Assembly: GCA_037917685.1 (NCBI GenBank)
Contig: JAVCBU010000011.1
Span: forward strand, 1 to 64,000
Direction of reading: 5' to 3'
Length of the DNA: 64,000 nt
Source of the DNA: Thermoproteota archaeon
Lineage (GTDB): Archaea; Korarchaeota; Korarchaeia; Korarchaeales; JAOZGB01
Shown here: positions 1 through 10,006 of the stretch, piece after piece
Layout of the letters: each line of letters begins with the position of its first letter
Numbering within the stretch: position 1 is the first letter of the stretch
Translations under genes and position numbers: made by a program
The notes under the pieces: generated by a model
Told to the model about the DNA's origin: nothing
Database searches by the model: none
The model's input: only the letters and a program-made list of their open reading frames with translations

Positions 1-435
1 AGGATTAGGGGTAAAGTATAGGGAGGCTGAGACGAACCTTTAGTGGTGAGCTATGGCCGCGCTTTTCGTGGAGAGGGCTGACATCGACCAAACTCTGGCC
101 GGTAATCCTTACGCGCGTGGATCTTTCCATGATCATGTAAGCATCGCTCGACAACACAGCAACGGAACATGTAGAAACAACTGTTTTAGGTTTATATTCA
201 AGCATTCTTTCAAAGAAGTTTTAATTTATCCTGCTGAGCTCGCCGCCCAGAAAACTGTATCCTATGAAAAGTAGCGCGCGTGATAGACTGGTACTCCGTT
301 GTGGCTTGTGCGGAGAGGAGCGCGCTAGGTGTGTAATGCGAGATCATATGAAAATGTAAAGTAAAGTTTAGAGACTCTCGAATAGATCCTTTGTATCGTG
401 GTTGTATGTCTTCCTCTTGCAGGCTTGAAAGCTTT

Positions 436-2751
436 TTACGCTTTCTTCGCTCTTCTGTAGCAGTAAAGCCATAGTTCCGTTGAACATGGGGTTTTCATCT
501 CGTATATGTAGCCTATTACACCTTTTAGTTCGAAATTGTCATCCTGTATTTCCTTAGTGGTGAATAGGTAGTCCGCGCCTCTCTCTTTTGCATAGTATTT
601 GTATAAGGGTACGGTTCCAGGTTTTTGTTCTGTGAATATGAAGCCTACTATTTTAATGAACACCATTTCTCGTACTGGTGGTAGGCCTTTTGGTTCCTCA
701 TTTAGATCTGTGGTTAGGAAAAACTCTGTTTCATCGGGGTCATAGACCATAATTAAGGGTTTTGTGCCTTCCACCGGGTTGTAGGGAATGTATCCTATTA
801 TGTACTCCCTCGACAGGTGGAAGAGATCCGTATCTCCATCTTTATCTACTACTGTGTAGGGGAATGTCTGAGTTCCAGCGGCGATGTCTGTTGATAGGAA
901 GTACACACCTCCAGTTGCGTTGAAAAGCCATAAGATGTTCGAGTTTTCTTGGTGATAGAGGGGTAAGTATAGGTTCTTCACGCTGTCTTCATACTGTATG
1001 TTATATGGCTTGAGACAGTCTTCCCCAAGCCTTACACTTGGCGTTGTGGGCTGGGTTGTCAACGCGTATCCCAATAGGCCTATGGGGTATTGATGCGTAT
1101 CTGCATTTAGTGTTACAGGTTCGTCAGGATTTGTGGATATTCTATATCCTATGATCTTCCTTGTCCTCGGGTTTATCAGCTGGTACTCATATATCGGTGT
1201 CCTATCGTTTCCAGGCTCGGCGTAGAGATATCCTAACGCAATTTCCCTTATCATACCGTTAATAAGGTAGGGTGTGTCAGCTGTAGGACTCTGAGAGTAG
1301 TAATAATAGTAATATAGTTTTGTCTCTGGGCATCCTACCCCGAATAACTTGCATCCGAACTTTTTCAGACCCTCCCAGATTTTTCTCCCTAACCATTTGA
1401 ATGCTTCCCCAATGGCTTTCACAAGCCATGCAAGCCCCGCAGTTATCCATGCAAATAATTCTGTAAAGGCCCCTCCAACTATGTAAATTATCGCTGGAAG
1501 GTAGAATCCTTGGTGCCAAAATTTCAACCCAGTTCCTAGAATTTCATGGGCTTTACTGGTGAATTTCGATATTTTGAATATGATTTTTTGCCCGGCGTCT
1601 ATGTTGCTTGTTGGAAGCCCTTGGGGCTTATCACCCATCCATACTGCTACGTATACCCGGTTCCATAGGGTGATGCCACCCATTGTTGTTTCCTTCCAGT
1701 ATCTTTCGAGCCTATCCTCCGGAATTGCACATTGGTAGCCCCATGGATTGTAGTAGCCTATCATTATATGGGAGTTAAGCCCATATGTTAGGGTTTCGTC
1801 CTCCCAGTAGCATATCGGTACGATCCAGTGTACCCCCTTAAGGAGCCCTGTCTTCCCTGTTACTGTAATTAGCATTAGTACTGGTATTCCATGGTCTATG
1901 AACCATTTTATATCTGAAAGGGATCCGTCTACGTAGACTCTGGCTCCCAATCCGTAGTGTTCAGCCGCGTCTTTTATGCTATACGGGTCTGTATAGACAT
2001 CTAGTTCGTTTCCACCCCTATAAAGACTGTCAATCATGTTGTGGTCATACGTGGCTGTGTTTTTGAGATATCTGAGAAGAGCCGCTAGAGAAGTTGTCCC
2101 GCACGCGCTTTCCTCTTTGCGTTTCCACGTATCCGGGTCGAGGTTCTGCGATTCAAATTTCGAGTTTGGATCTCCCGGATCTCTTCTTCCAATTACATGA
2201 TAATTGGGGAGCGACTTGAATGTAGGGTTCAGCTCTACAGTTGTTAGCAGGCTTGTTGTACATGGAGTTCTACCGCCACATGGCAAGAAGCCCCATTTTC
2301 CCTCTTCCGTTTCGAGATCAAGCTCTGAAACCTCTATCCTCTCTTTTGTAAAGAGCTTGACCTCGAAATCCTTGTTTAACTGGTTGTTTGACCTGTCAAC
2401 GTCGGGTAGTCTTCCGTCAGGGTCGACTTTGACGTTCATCGTGTATTCGCCTGCATGCTGGAATATTGTGCTGTAAATCACCGTTACTGCTTCCCCAGGT
2501 CCTATTACATGAGTTATGTTTACAAGTATACAATCTCCGATGTCCACTACAACCTTAACATCCTCGGCGACGGCATCCCCACTATTTTCCACAGTCACCA
2601 TTAAGAGGCAGTTAAAGCCTGCAATAGGCTTTGAAGGTATGAAGATCGCATCCACAACCCTTAGATCCAACGCTGGAGATTCGTATGAGTATGTGGATGG
2701 GCTTAAGGTTAAGATTAGAAGCATGAATGGGAGGATAGAGCTGTTTCTCAT
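436..2751 (-). CDS. Secreted multidomain protein: signal peptide, CARDB Ig-like domain, papain-fold C39-like peptidase, amphipathic segment, C-terminal GY(I/L)Y...PLY repeats
   Basis: Hydrophobic N-terminus; CARDB-type motifs VTVENSG and VDPDG..D.DRSNN; SACGTTSLAALLRY (C217), GVHWIV (H308), YYNPWG (N335); repeated GYIPYNP/GFIFTEQKPGTVPLYKYY/GYIY units. Confidence 0.7.
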   Translation of the reverse strand: MRNSSILPFMLLILTLSPSTYSYESPALDLRVVDAIFIPSKPIAGFNCLLMVTVENSGDAVAEDVKVVVDIGDCILVNITHVIGPGEAVTVIYSTIFQHAGEYTMNVKVDPDGRLPDVDRSNNQLNKDFEVKLFTKERIEVSELDLETEEGKWGFLPCGGRTPCTTSLLTTVELNPTFKSLPNYHVIGRRDPGDPNSKFESQNLDPDTWKRKEESACGTTSLAALLRYLKNTATYDHNMIDSLYRGGNELDVYTDPYSIKDAAEHYGLGARVYVDGSLSDIKWFIDHGIPVLMLITVTGKTGLLKGVHWIVPICYWEDETLTYGLNSHIMIGYYNPWGYQCAIPEDRLERYWKETTMGGITLWNRVYVAVWMGDKPQGLPTSNIDAGQKIIFKISKFTSKAHEILGTGLKFWHQGFYLPAIIYIVGGAFTELFAWITAGLAWLVKAIGEAFKWLGRKIWEGLKKFGCKLFGVGCPETKLYYYYYYSQSPTADTPYLINGMIREIALGYLYAEPGNDRTPIYEYQLINPRTRKIIGYRISTNPDEPVTLNADTHQYPIGLLGYALTTQPTTPSVRLGEDCLKPYNIQYEDSVKNLYLPLYHQENSNILWLFNATGGVYFLSTDIAAGTQTFPYTVVDKDGDTDLFHLSREYIIGYIPYNPVEGTKPLIMVYDPDETEFFLTTDLNEEPKGLPPVREMVFIKIVGFIFTEQKPGTVPLYKYYAKERGADYLFTTKEIQDDNFELKGVIGYIYEMKTPCSTELWLYCYRRAKKA

Positions 2752-5063
2752 GTTATCACCTTTCTTATCACTATCTTCGGTATTATAAACCCTGAAATGC
2801 CGGAATCTTCAGCTGTGACTTTCCCCACGTAGATCTTATCGTCCTCGTCAACTGCTACTAGGATTTCGTCCTTACCATCCAGATCTGTGTCACCACATGT
2901 CAAACCATCGTACTTGGTGAACTTGATATATTGGATCTTCAATAGGCCGATTCTAAGATCGTAGACATATACCGCCCTATCCTCATCTATACCTATTATT
3001 AGTTCCTTTTTCTCATCCCCCGCCACATCTCCCAACGTTATTCCATCGTACTTAGTAAATCTCAAGGTTAAATTGGTCTTAAACTCCAGAAATCCATGGT
3101 TGTATCCATAGACCATCGCCTCGCTTTCATCTCCGTTATCGTTTTTTACAAGTATTATCTCTGCTTCGTCCCCACCCACCACGTCTCCGACTAGAAAACC
3201 ATCATAAGCCGACCCCGCATGGTTCTTGCCGTATGTGTAGCGGCATCCATCAAATTTCCACCCTAAAACAGACTTACTGATGTCTATTTTTCCCTCATTG
3301 ATGAGCTGCAGGCTCTCAGAATCGGTCTCAAGAACGCTGTAGATGTAGATTGCATCATCCTCATCGACGGCTATCAGGATCTCGTTGACCCCATCCCCGT
3401 CCACGTCGCCTATCCTAATCCCATCGTACTTTGTAAACCTAATGTCGAACTCCCCGATCCTGAGACCGTACTTGATCTCCTCCTGGTAGGCCGTGTAAAC
3501 CCAGAGTTTCCCTCCATCATCGTTTGCAACCACGATAAGCTCATCCCCAGGCCGCGACTCCACCACGTCTCCTATCAAGATTCTGTCGTGGCGGGTGTAA
3601 AATGCTTCAAACGTGCACAGTAGATCTCCAGTGCCGTCGTAAATATAGAATATGCCATTGTCCCCATCCGCATCCTCGTCTATAGCAATGACTATTTCGT
3701 CGCCCTCAACACTTGGTAAGATGTCTCCTGAGGCAAAGTCATCACAGTGGGTGAATCTGGCTTCGAACGTGTTGCTCCACCTGCATCCGCATGTAACTCT
3801 CATTACTTCAATTACGAGGTCGAAGTGTCCGTGATTGCCGCTGTGGTCGCATACATCCACCGAAAGTGTGGCTGATGCACAATCTCTGTATGGGCCGAGG
3901 GTGTATGAAAGCTTCCTTCTGTAGACCATTGGTGTGTCAATCCTAATGTCGTCGAGGATTCTTTCCTCCCTTTCCCCGCTCCTCTTCGCCAGTGTCTCTT
4001 TGGCTCTTATCGTGTATATTCCCGCGCCTCCTTCGTTGTCCCTCACAACAAGGGCGATTTTGAGCTTCTGCATGCTGGTGATCCTTCTATCAAGCCTCTC
4101 AACTGGGCCTGAGGGTACAGGGGCCCCGAGCTTCCTGAGAATATCCGTGAAGGGTGATTCGCCGAGTTCAACCCATGGATTGACCGTGTCGGCCGGTATG
4201 TATGTAAATGTTGCAAGTGCCCCTGCTGGTCCTACGATGATTGTGGCAACGTTAGGGGAGCATGGTAGCTCGGGTTTCAGAACCCATGTCCCCTGCGTAA
4301 CCTCGTAGGTACATGAAAACGTGTTTTCAGGCTCCCCCTTGGAGTAGGTTGCGATCAGGTTCTGGGATTCTACGACAGAGTAGCTCTGCGGGTCTACGCG
4401 TTGAGCCTCCACAACACATTCCTTTCCCTCAAGGCAGGCAGGTACATTTCCTATAACAACAGTTAGTGTAGTTGGAGCAGGTGTTGGAGTTGCGGTGGGA
4501 GGGAGTGTAATGGGAGGAGGAGTTGTAGTTGGCGGGGGTGTAGTGGTTGGCGGCGGAGATGAAACATCGATATAGCAGGCGTGCCAGTATTCCGGCCCAT
4601 TCTTTATTATTGGTGTAGTTGTGATACCACCTTGGACATGTATTGTATAGGATGGCCATATTATCCACTCCCCCTCCTCTCCCAGAACTATCCTACTTGC
4701 TGTCAGCGTAGCGGTCTCCTCCCAACCCAATGTCTCGACTGGAAGCGTGAACAGGTCAATCTTCCTTCCAGATGGGCTTTGAGCCCTCAGTACAAGGCCA
4801 CCCCTACCAAAATAAAAGCCGAACTCGCTCTTTCCAACATAGGTGATCTTGAACGAAGCCGTGAGAACAGTTTCAGTTGTGACGAGGAAGTCCATGCTCT
4901 CAACCTTAAAGTCCGTTAGTTGAAGCTCGTCCTCCGAGGTATCAGGACCTGGGTAATAGCAAACCGTATAGGGCGGTGGTGGATCGGCGGTCAGCTGGAG
5001 TACCATTTGTGCAACAAAGAGATAAACAACCAACTTACAAATCAATTTGATTTGTAACCTCAA
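2748..5063 (-). CDS. Secreted protein with Ig-like N-terminus, Pro/Thr linker and six FG-GAP/VCBS-like repeats (probable beta-propeller)
   Basis: Signal peptide; PPPTTTPPPTTTPPP linker; six copies of FTKYDG..GD.DGD..EI.IA.DEDD-like repeat; 4-nt overlap with the downstream gene. Confidence 0.7.
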   Translation of the reverse strand: MRLQIKLICKLVVYLFVAQMVLQLTADPPPPYTVCYYPGPDTSEDELQLTDFKVESMDFLVTTETVLTASFKITYVGKSEFGFYFGRGGLVLRAQSPSGRKIDLFTLPVETLGWEETATLTASRIVLGEEGEWIIWPSYTIHVQGGITTTPIIKNGPEYWHACYIDVSSPPPTTTPPPTTTPPPITLPPTATPTPAPTTLTVVIGNVPACLEGKECVVEAQRVDPQSYSVVESQNLIATYSKGEPENTFSCTYEVTQGTWVLKPELPCSPNVATIIVGPAGALATFTYIPADTVNPWVELGESPFTDILRKLGAPVPSGPVERLDRRITSMQKLKIALVVRDNEGGAGIYTIRAKETLAKRSGEREERILDDIRIDTPMVYRRKLSYTLGPYRDCASATLSVDVCDHSGNHGHFDLVIEVMRVTCGCRWSNTFEARFTHCDDFASGDILPSVEGDEIVIAIDEDADGDNGIFYIYDGTGDLLCTFEAFYTRHDRILIGDVVESRPGDELIVVANDDGGKLWVYTAYQEEIKYGLRIGEFDIRFTKYDGIRIGDVDGDGVNEILIAVDEDDAIYIYSVLETDSESLQLINEGKIDISKSVLGWKFDGCRYTYGKNHAGSAYDGFLVGDVVGGDEAEIILVKNDNGDESEAMVYGYNHGFLEFKTNLTLRFTKYDGITLGDVAGDEKKELIIGIDEDRAVYVYDLRIGLLKIQYIKFTKYDGLTCGDTDLDGKDEILVAVDEDDKIYVGKVTAEDSGISGFIIPKIVIRKVIT

Positions 5064-5239
5064 GTCTATCCATTAATTACTATTATTACGTATTTATAAA
5101 TTTTAGGAAGAAAACTGTATATCAAAATCTTACAAATATCTAAAATTCCGCATACAAACCAGCATATCCAATACAAGCCCTCTTGCCACTACAGACGCGC
5201 GCAACTTGAAATGAGGAACCTTTAGATACTTAGACCTTT

Positions 5240-5760
5240 GTGGGTGCAGACCCGAAGAAGGGTGAGGGGAAGGGTGTTGTAAGCACGTGTAACTATAAGG
5301 CTATGAGATACGGTGTATGCTCATATCGACGGTGCGGAGACTGTGTCCCCATGCTGTTTACCTTCCTGTCAACTACAAGCTCTACAGGGAGGTTTCATCC
5401 AGGATTACGGAGATCCTGCGGGGATGCGTGGACAGGTTTGAGCAGGGGGGTATCGATGAGGCCTTCCTAGACGTGGTTCGATGGTTGGGAGTTATGATGA
5501 GGCTAAAAACTGGTGGAGAAGATAAAACTTGAGGTTCTGGAGAGGGATGGCTTAACTTGTTCGATTGGCTGGGCCTAAACAAGCTTGTAGCTAAGATAGC
5601 GAGGACTTTAAGAAAGCCGGACGGCCTTATAGTTGTTGAGGAGAGGGATGTTAAGGATTTCCTTGCACCTTACCAGCAGATAAGTTGCTGTGGGTAGGGA
5701 GGAAACGGCTCAGAAGCTTAAAATGTATGGGGAGGAGATTTTGGGTAGATCTAGCAAATC
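5240..5760 (+). pseudogene. dinB: DNA polymerase IV (DinB/Dbh) remnant with several frameshifts and no N-terminus
   Basis: Y-family motifs spread over different frames: GVVSTCNY.A..YGV, LCPHAVYLPVN..LY..VS, GIDEAFLDV, GLTCSIG, NKLVAKIA, KPDGL, LLWVG. Confidence 0.85.
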
Positions 5761-5805
5761 CGCCTCCGGCATCTCTCCATGGAATACTGCCGCCTCTGTG
5801 GAGGC

Positions 5806-7041
5806 TTATCTGTTGAGCTTTCTCTCGAACCTGTTCTCTGCGACGATCTTTCCCTCTTTGATCACGTAGAGCCTTGCGGGCTGGAGTCTCAATGCTTCCC
5901 ATACGGTTTCGGTGTCTAGGACTACTAGGTCCGCCCTTCTTCCAACCTCTATACCGTAGTCGGTAACCCCAAGTGTTTTGGCTGCGTTAAATGTCATCAT
6001 GTCAAAAACCATTTCTATCTCAGAGGGAGATGTCATCTGTTCTGCTAGGGCTAGGACGAAGCCAACTTGAAGAAGATCGCACTTTCCAAAGGGATAAAAT
6101 GCATCTCTAACGCAGTCTTGCCCAAAGGTTACATTTACCCCTGCCTTTAGAAGTTGTTTTACTCTAGTGAGACCTCTCCTCTTAGGGTATGTATCAAGTC
6201 TACCCTCAACGACAAGGTTCGTCTCAGGATTTGTCTCGATATTCATTTTAGCAGCTTTTATCCATCTGATGACCTTGTTAGCGTGGTAATCGTCATAAGA
6301 CGCAAGAGCACAGACATGGTCAGCCGTTACGCGGCCTTCGTACCCCTCTTGGATGGTCTTCCACGCCATGTACTCTACACATCTTGAAGAGGGGTCATCT
6401 GTTTCGTCAACATGTGAGTCTATATCGGCGTCATATTCCTTCGCTAGTTCGAAGAGGAAGTCCACATGCTTCTTCGCTATGTCGTCTGTCGCCTCGGTAT
6501 GGGGCATGCCTCCTACAACGTCTGCCCCTAGTTCCATTGCCTTCCTCATGAGTTCATCCGTTCCTGGATCCGTGTAAATTCCTTCCTGTGGGAAGGCTAC
6601 AATCTGAATGTCAACTATGTCCCTGTATTCTTTCTTAAGCTCCAGAAGTGCTTTTAATGCCGTCAATCCTCCAATCGTGTCTATATCGCAGTGGGTTCTT
6701 ATCCTTGTTACTCCATTCATAACCTCCCATTCTATAACCTTTGAGGCTCGCTTTTTAACATCTTCTATCGTATACCTTCGCTTGGCCTCCCATAATATTT
6801 CTATGGCTTCCATTAAGGTTCCTGAGACGTTTACACGAACCATTTCCGCAGTAAGGACTTTATCGAGATGTATGTGTGGATCTATGAGGGCAGGAACAAC
6901 AAGCTTGCAGCCAGCATCAATCTCAACTTCACCTTTCTCTCTAACTCTTTCGGAAATGGAGACTACTTTGCCGTTTTCTACACCAATATCATAGAGGCCC
7001 TCCTTACCTCTAAGTCTCGCCCTTCTTATTACCAAGTCCAA
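5806..7041 (-). CDS. Cytosine deaminase (CodA)-family amidohydrolase
   Basis: DPHIHLDK, QIVAFPQEG, GGMPH, HVDETDDP, GQD motifs. Confidence 0.85.
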   Translation of the reverse strand: MDLVIRRARLRGKEGLYDIGVENGKVVSISERVREKGEVEIDAGCKLVVPALIDPHIHLDKVLTAEMVRVNVSGTLMEAIEILWEAKRRYTIEDVKKRASKVIEWEVMNGVTRIRTHCDIDTIGGLTALKALLELKKEYRDIVDIQIVAFPQEGIYTDPGTDELMRKAMELGADVVGGMPHTEATDDIAKKHVDFLFELAKEYDADIDSHVDETDDPSSRCVEYMAWKTIQEGYEGRVTADHVCALASYDDYHANKVIRWIKAAKMNIETNPETNLVVEGRLDTYPKRRGLTRVKQLLKAGVNVTFGQDCVRDAFYPFGKCDLLQVGFVLALAEQMTSPSEIEMVFDMMTFNAAKTLGVTDYGIEVGRRADLVVLDTETVWEALRLQPARLYVIKEGKIVAENRFERKLNR

Positions 7042-7131
7042 TAATCAACACCTTTAAGGAGATTTATTCTCAGAATAATAAAAACCTAAAGAGCTCCACG
7101 ATTCCGTCTGGCTCATGGATGAGATTAGTTT

Positions 7132-9057
7132 TCAGATCTTCAACTCCTTTGCAACATCTTCTAGGCCAAGTTCCTTGAGCTTCTGGTAGGTCGGGAGCCC
7201 TCTCTCGTCGTAACCTCTAAGTCTATAGTACTCCGGGAGCATCTTGTCAAGCTCTACAATATGGCCTTTTGCTCCCCCGGCAGGTGCAGGTTCCTTCAGG
7301 AATCTCTCTGGAAGCCTGTCGTCATCTTTGGTTAGGCCTTCCCTCACATTGAAACATCTTTCAAGGATAAATATTCTCTCTCCTATAATTCTTAGATCTT
7401 TCTCGGTATATTTTATACCTGTAGCATACGTGAGAGCTTTAGCCGCATCCCTAAAGTATATTACCGGAGGCCAGTGAGTTGTGAACTTACACACAACCAA
7501 GGAGTCTGATATTGCTGCCATATTCTCGCTATCATAGACCATGAGGGGCTTGAAAACAGGGCTAAGCCTGTCAGCTCCCTCCGGCATTATCGACCTTCCG
7601 TATAGCTTTTGAGCTCTCTTCTCAAACCTTTCAATTATCGCGTCGGGAAAGCCAACCTCGCTTAGGAACTCCGCTGAGGTAAGATGGTCTGCACCCCTAT
7701 TAGCTGTTACGTGACTTAGACCCATTGATTTCTGAGCCCTTCCATCCTGAGCAGGAATATCAACCTTCTTGACAACCATCGCATACTTCATCGCTTCAGG
7801 GCCGAATTTTAGGGCTACACGGTAAGTTCCCTCTGCAAGCAGGTCTCCAAAACCTTCTCTGCGGGCGGTCATCTCTATAAGCTTTATTATTAATTCAGGA
7901 TTCCCCCACTCAAGCTTTAAACCACCCGTGTCCTCCTTGGTGATGATCCCTCTCTCCCACAGCTCCATGACATGTGCTATCACACCACCCATGCCATCGG
8001 TGTCAAAGCCGTACTCGTTGCAAAGTCTGTTTCCATATATAATTGACTCGAGATCCTTGTTCCAAACGAGACTCCCTAACGCGTGTAGTGTTTCATATTC
8101 GAGGCCTAGGCCACCGTCACACTTCCACCTGCCCTTCTCCACTATGTGGTACTTCTTACAAGCGAAAGGACAGGCGAAGCAGGACTGGTCACGGACATGA
8201 TACTCCCTTCGAAGCCTCTCTCCACTTATAAGGTCTGCATATGACTTGCCCGTCTTTAGATCTACAAAGGATCCTAACTGACAGTTCTTCGTTGGGAACC
8301 TACCTATCTCGTGCATGATATTCACCAACAGCGGGGTTCCATATGTCATTAGGTCCTTGCTGAACCGATTCTTAAGGAGCCTCTCTTTGGCTCTCATAGA
8401 GAGCTCGTAGAATATTCCCCGATTGTAAAGTTTAACCCCGCCTGTGCCGTGTACTACTATTCCCTTAAGCTTCTTCGAGCCCATGACCCCTCCAAGCCCT
8501 GACCTTGCCACCGCGTGCCACCTGTCGACCTGTATGGAGGCGATGCGTGCAAGATTTTCACCAGCCGGGCCTATAAGGGCTGTACTGATACCCTTGCCAT
8601 GCTCCTTCCTCAGGGCCATGTCCGCCTGGCTTACCTTCAAGCCCCAGAGCTTATCAGCTTTTTTTATCTCGATATCCTCATCATGTATCCATAAGTATAC
8701 AGGCTTTTCCGATGCCCCTTCTACTATGATCATGTCATATCCGGCGTACTTTAGCTCTGGTGCAAAGTATCCACCACAGTTACCCTCACCCCATGCCTCA
8801 GACAGCGGGGACTTGGCGGCGACGTGAAGCCTCCCAGCTGAGGGCCAGGTCGTCCCGGATAGAGGCCCTGCAGCTATAACCATCTTATTGTCTGGGGAGA
8901 AGGGATCGACGCCGGGACTGAGTTCATCCCAGAGTACCCTGGCTGCGAAACCGTTCCCACCAATGTATCTCTGAGCGAACTCGCTGTCAAGCTTCTCAAC
9001 TTTTACCCTTAAGTCTGATAGATTAACCCTCAAAAACCTGCCGCTCCAACCGTACAT
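7132..9057 (-). CDS. Tungsten aldehyde:ferredoxin oxidoreductase (AOR)-family protein (AOR-1)
   Basis: KSPLS, IGPAGENL, GVMGSKKLK, CxxCxxxC (CFACPFAC), EYET, RGADH, EYYRLRG. Confidence 0.92.
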   Translation of the reverse strand: MYGWSGRFLRVNLSDLRVKVEKLDSEFAQRYIGGNGFAARVLWDELSPGVDPFSPDNKMVIAAGPLSGTTWPSAGRLHVAAKSPLSEAWGEGNCGGYFAPELKYAGYDMIIVEGASEKPVYLWIHDEDIEIKKADKLWGLKVSQADMALRKEHGKGISTALIGPAGENLARIASIQVDRWHAVARSGLGGVMGSKKLKGIVVHGTGGVKLYNRGIFYELSMRAKERLLKNRFSKDLMTYGTPLLVNIMHEIGRFPTKNCQLGSFVDLKTGKSYADLISGERLRREYHVRDQSCFACPFACKKYHIVEKGRWKCDGGLGLEYETLHALGSLVWNKDLESIIYGNRLCNEYGFDTDGMGGVIAHVMELWERGIITKEDTGGLKLEWGNPELIIKLIEMTARREGFGDLLAEGTYRVALKFGPEAMKYAMVVKKVDIPAQDGRAQKSMGLSHVTANRGADHLTSAEFLSEVGFPDAIIERFEKRAQKLYGRSIMPEGADRLSPVFKPLMVYDSENMAAISDSLVVCKFTTHWPPVIYFRDAAKALTYATGIKYTEKDLRIIGERIFILERCFNVREGLTKDDDRLPERFLKEPAPAGGAKGHIVELDKMLPEYYRLRGYDERGLPTYQKLKELGLEDVAKELKI

Positions 9058-9058
9058 G

Positions 9059-9469
9059 TCACACCACCTTGACCTCTCTCTCCTTTAGGTTGAAAACCCC
9101 CCGAGGACACATCTCGATGCACGCCCTGCAACTAACGCATTTGACAGGGTACTCCAGACCAGGCCTCCACCATATAGCTTCAAACGGACAAACCTCGATG
9201 CAAACACCACACTTTGTGCATCTTTCAATATCTATGACGTAGACACCATTGACCAATGCGATAGCCCTCTCCGGACACTTTTCTGCGCAAACCCCACACT
9301 GTGTACATATCTTGACATAGAAGCCTTCAGCTTCAGGTTTTTTCTCGACTATCCAGACTGCGGATTGCTTCGGATTCACACTCCTAAAGTTATAGTTTGA
9401 ACAGGCAAGCTCGCACAAGTGGCACCCGACGCACAGCTCCTCATTGGCAGAAACCCAAGTAATTATCAT
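9059..9469 (-). CDS. 4Fe-4S dicluster ferredoxin-like subunit of the AOR
   Basis: Four Cys clusters (CVGCHLCELAC, CTQCGVC..CP, CTKCGVCIEVCP, CVSCRACIEMCP); directly upstream of AOR-1. Confidence 0.9.
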   Translation of the reverse strand: MIITWVSANEELCVGCHLCELACSNYNFRSVNPKQSAVWIVEKKPEAEGFYVKICTQCGVCAEKCPERAIALVNGVYVIDIERCTKCGVCIEVCPFEAIWWRPGLEYPVKCVSCRACIEMCPRGVFNLKEREVKVV

Positions 9470-9634
9470 AAAGACCCCAGTTAACCCCTATATAAAATTT
9501 TAAAAGTATAACCTGTAGAAGATTACACCTCTAAGATGCCATCTACAAGTCTACCATTAGAGTTACAAGTGGTCTTAGACGGTCTAGGACTATATTTAAA
9601 TTTTCTCAATATTCTATGCCATAAGTGGCTGGAA

Positions 9635-9808
9635 ATGGCATATCATAAGGATGCTGTAGTAAAAATGGTTGGAATTACCAAGAGGTTTCCTGGTGTTGTA
9701 GCAAATGATAATATAAACTTCGAACTTTATAAGGGAGAGATCCACGCGTTGCTTGGTGAGAATGGGGCTGGGAAGACGACCCTGATGAATATATTATATG
9801 GTCTCTAT
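9635..9808 (+). pseudogene. N-terminal fragment of a sugar/nucleoside (CUT2) ABC transporter ATPase
   Basis: [44 protein letters not shown]; similarity then ends abruptly. Confidence 0.85.
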
Positions 9809-10006
9809 ATTTTCTCTAGCCGCATGATTCTTGAGGACCATGATGGGCATAGGCTTGGGCTGGAAGGATTGTATGGGACCAGCATTCTCCACATATAGGC
9901 TTCTAGAAGAGCCTCATCAACCTCTTCTTTGCCTCCGGCTCCCAGGGCTTCCTGGTATGATATTCTCCCCTTGGCTGCTGCCTGGAGAGGCAGTCTTGAG
10001 AGAAGT

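Noticed and set aside
1-435. Short ORFs (53-274 with a GGTGAG RBS-like site) and an imperfect stem (TAGCGCGC 272-279 / GCGCGCTA 320-327)
   Set aside because: No recognisable protein motif, and the stem is too short to call an ncRNA or MITE; probably degraded sequence.
4480-4560. Repetitive GC-rich DNA
   Set aside because: Explained by the Pro/Thr linker codons; not a CRISPR or DNA-level repeat.
436-5063. Both secreted proteins are exactly 771 aa
   Set aside because: No similarity between them and the TTG start of the second is uncertain; treated as coincidence.
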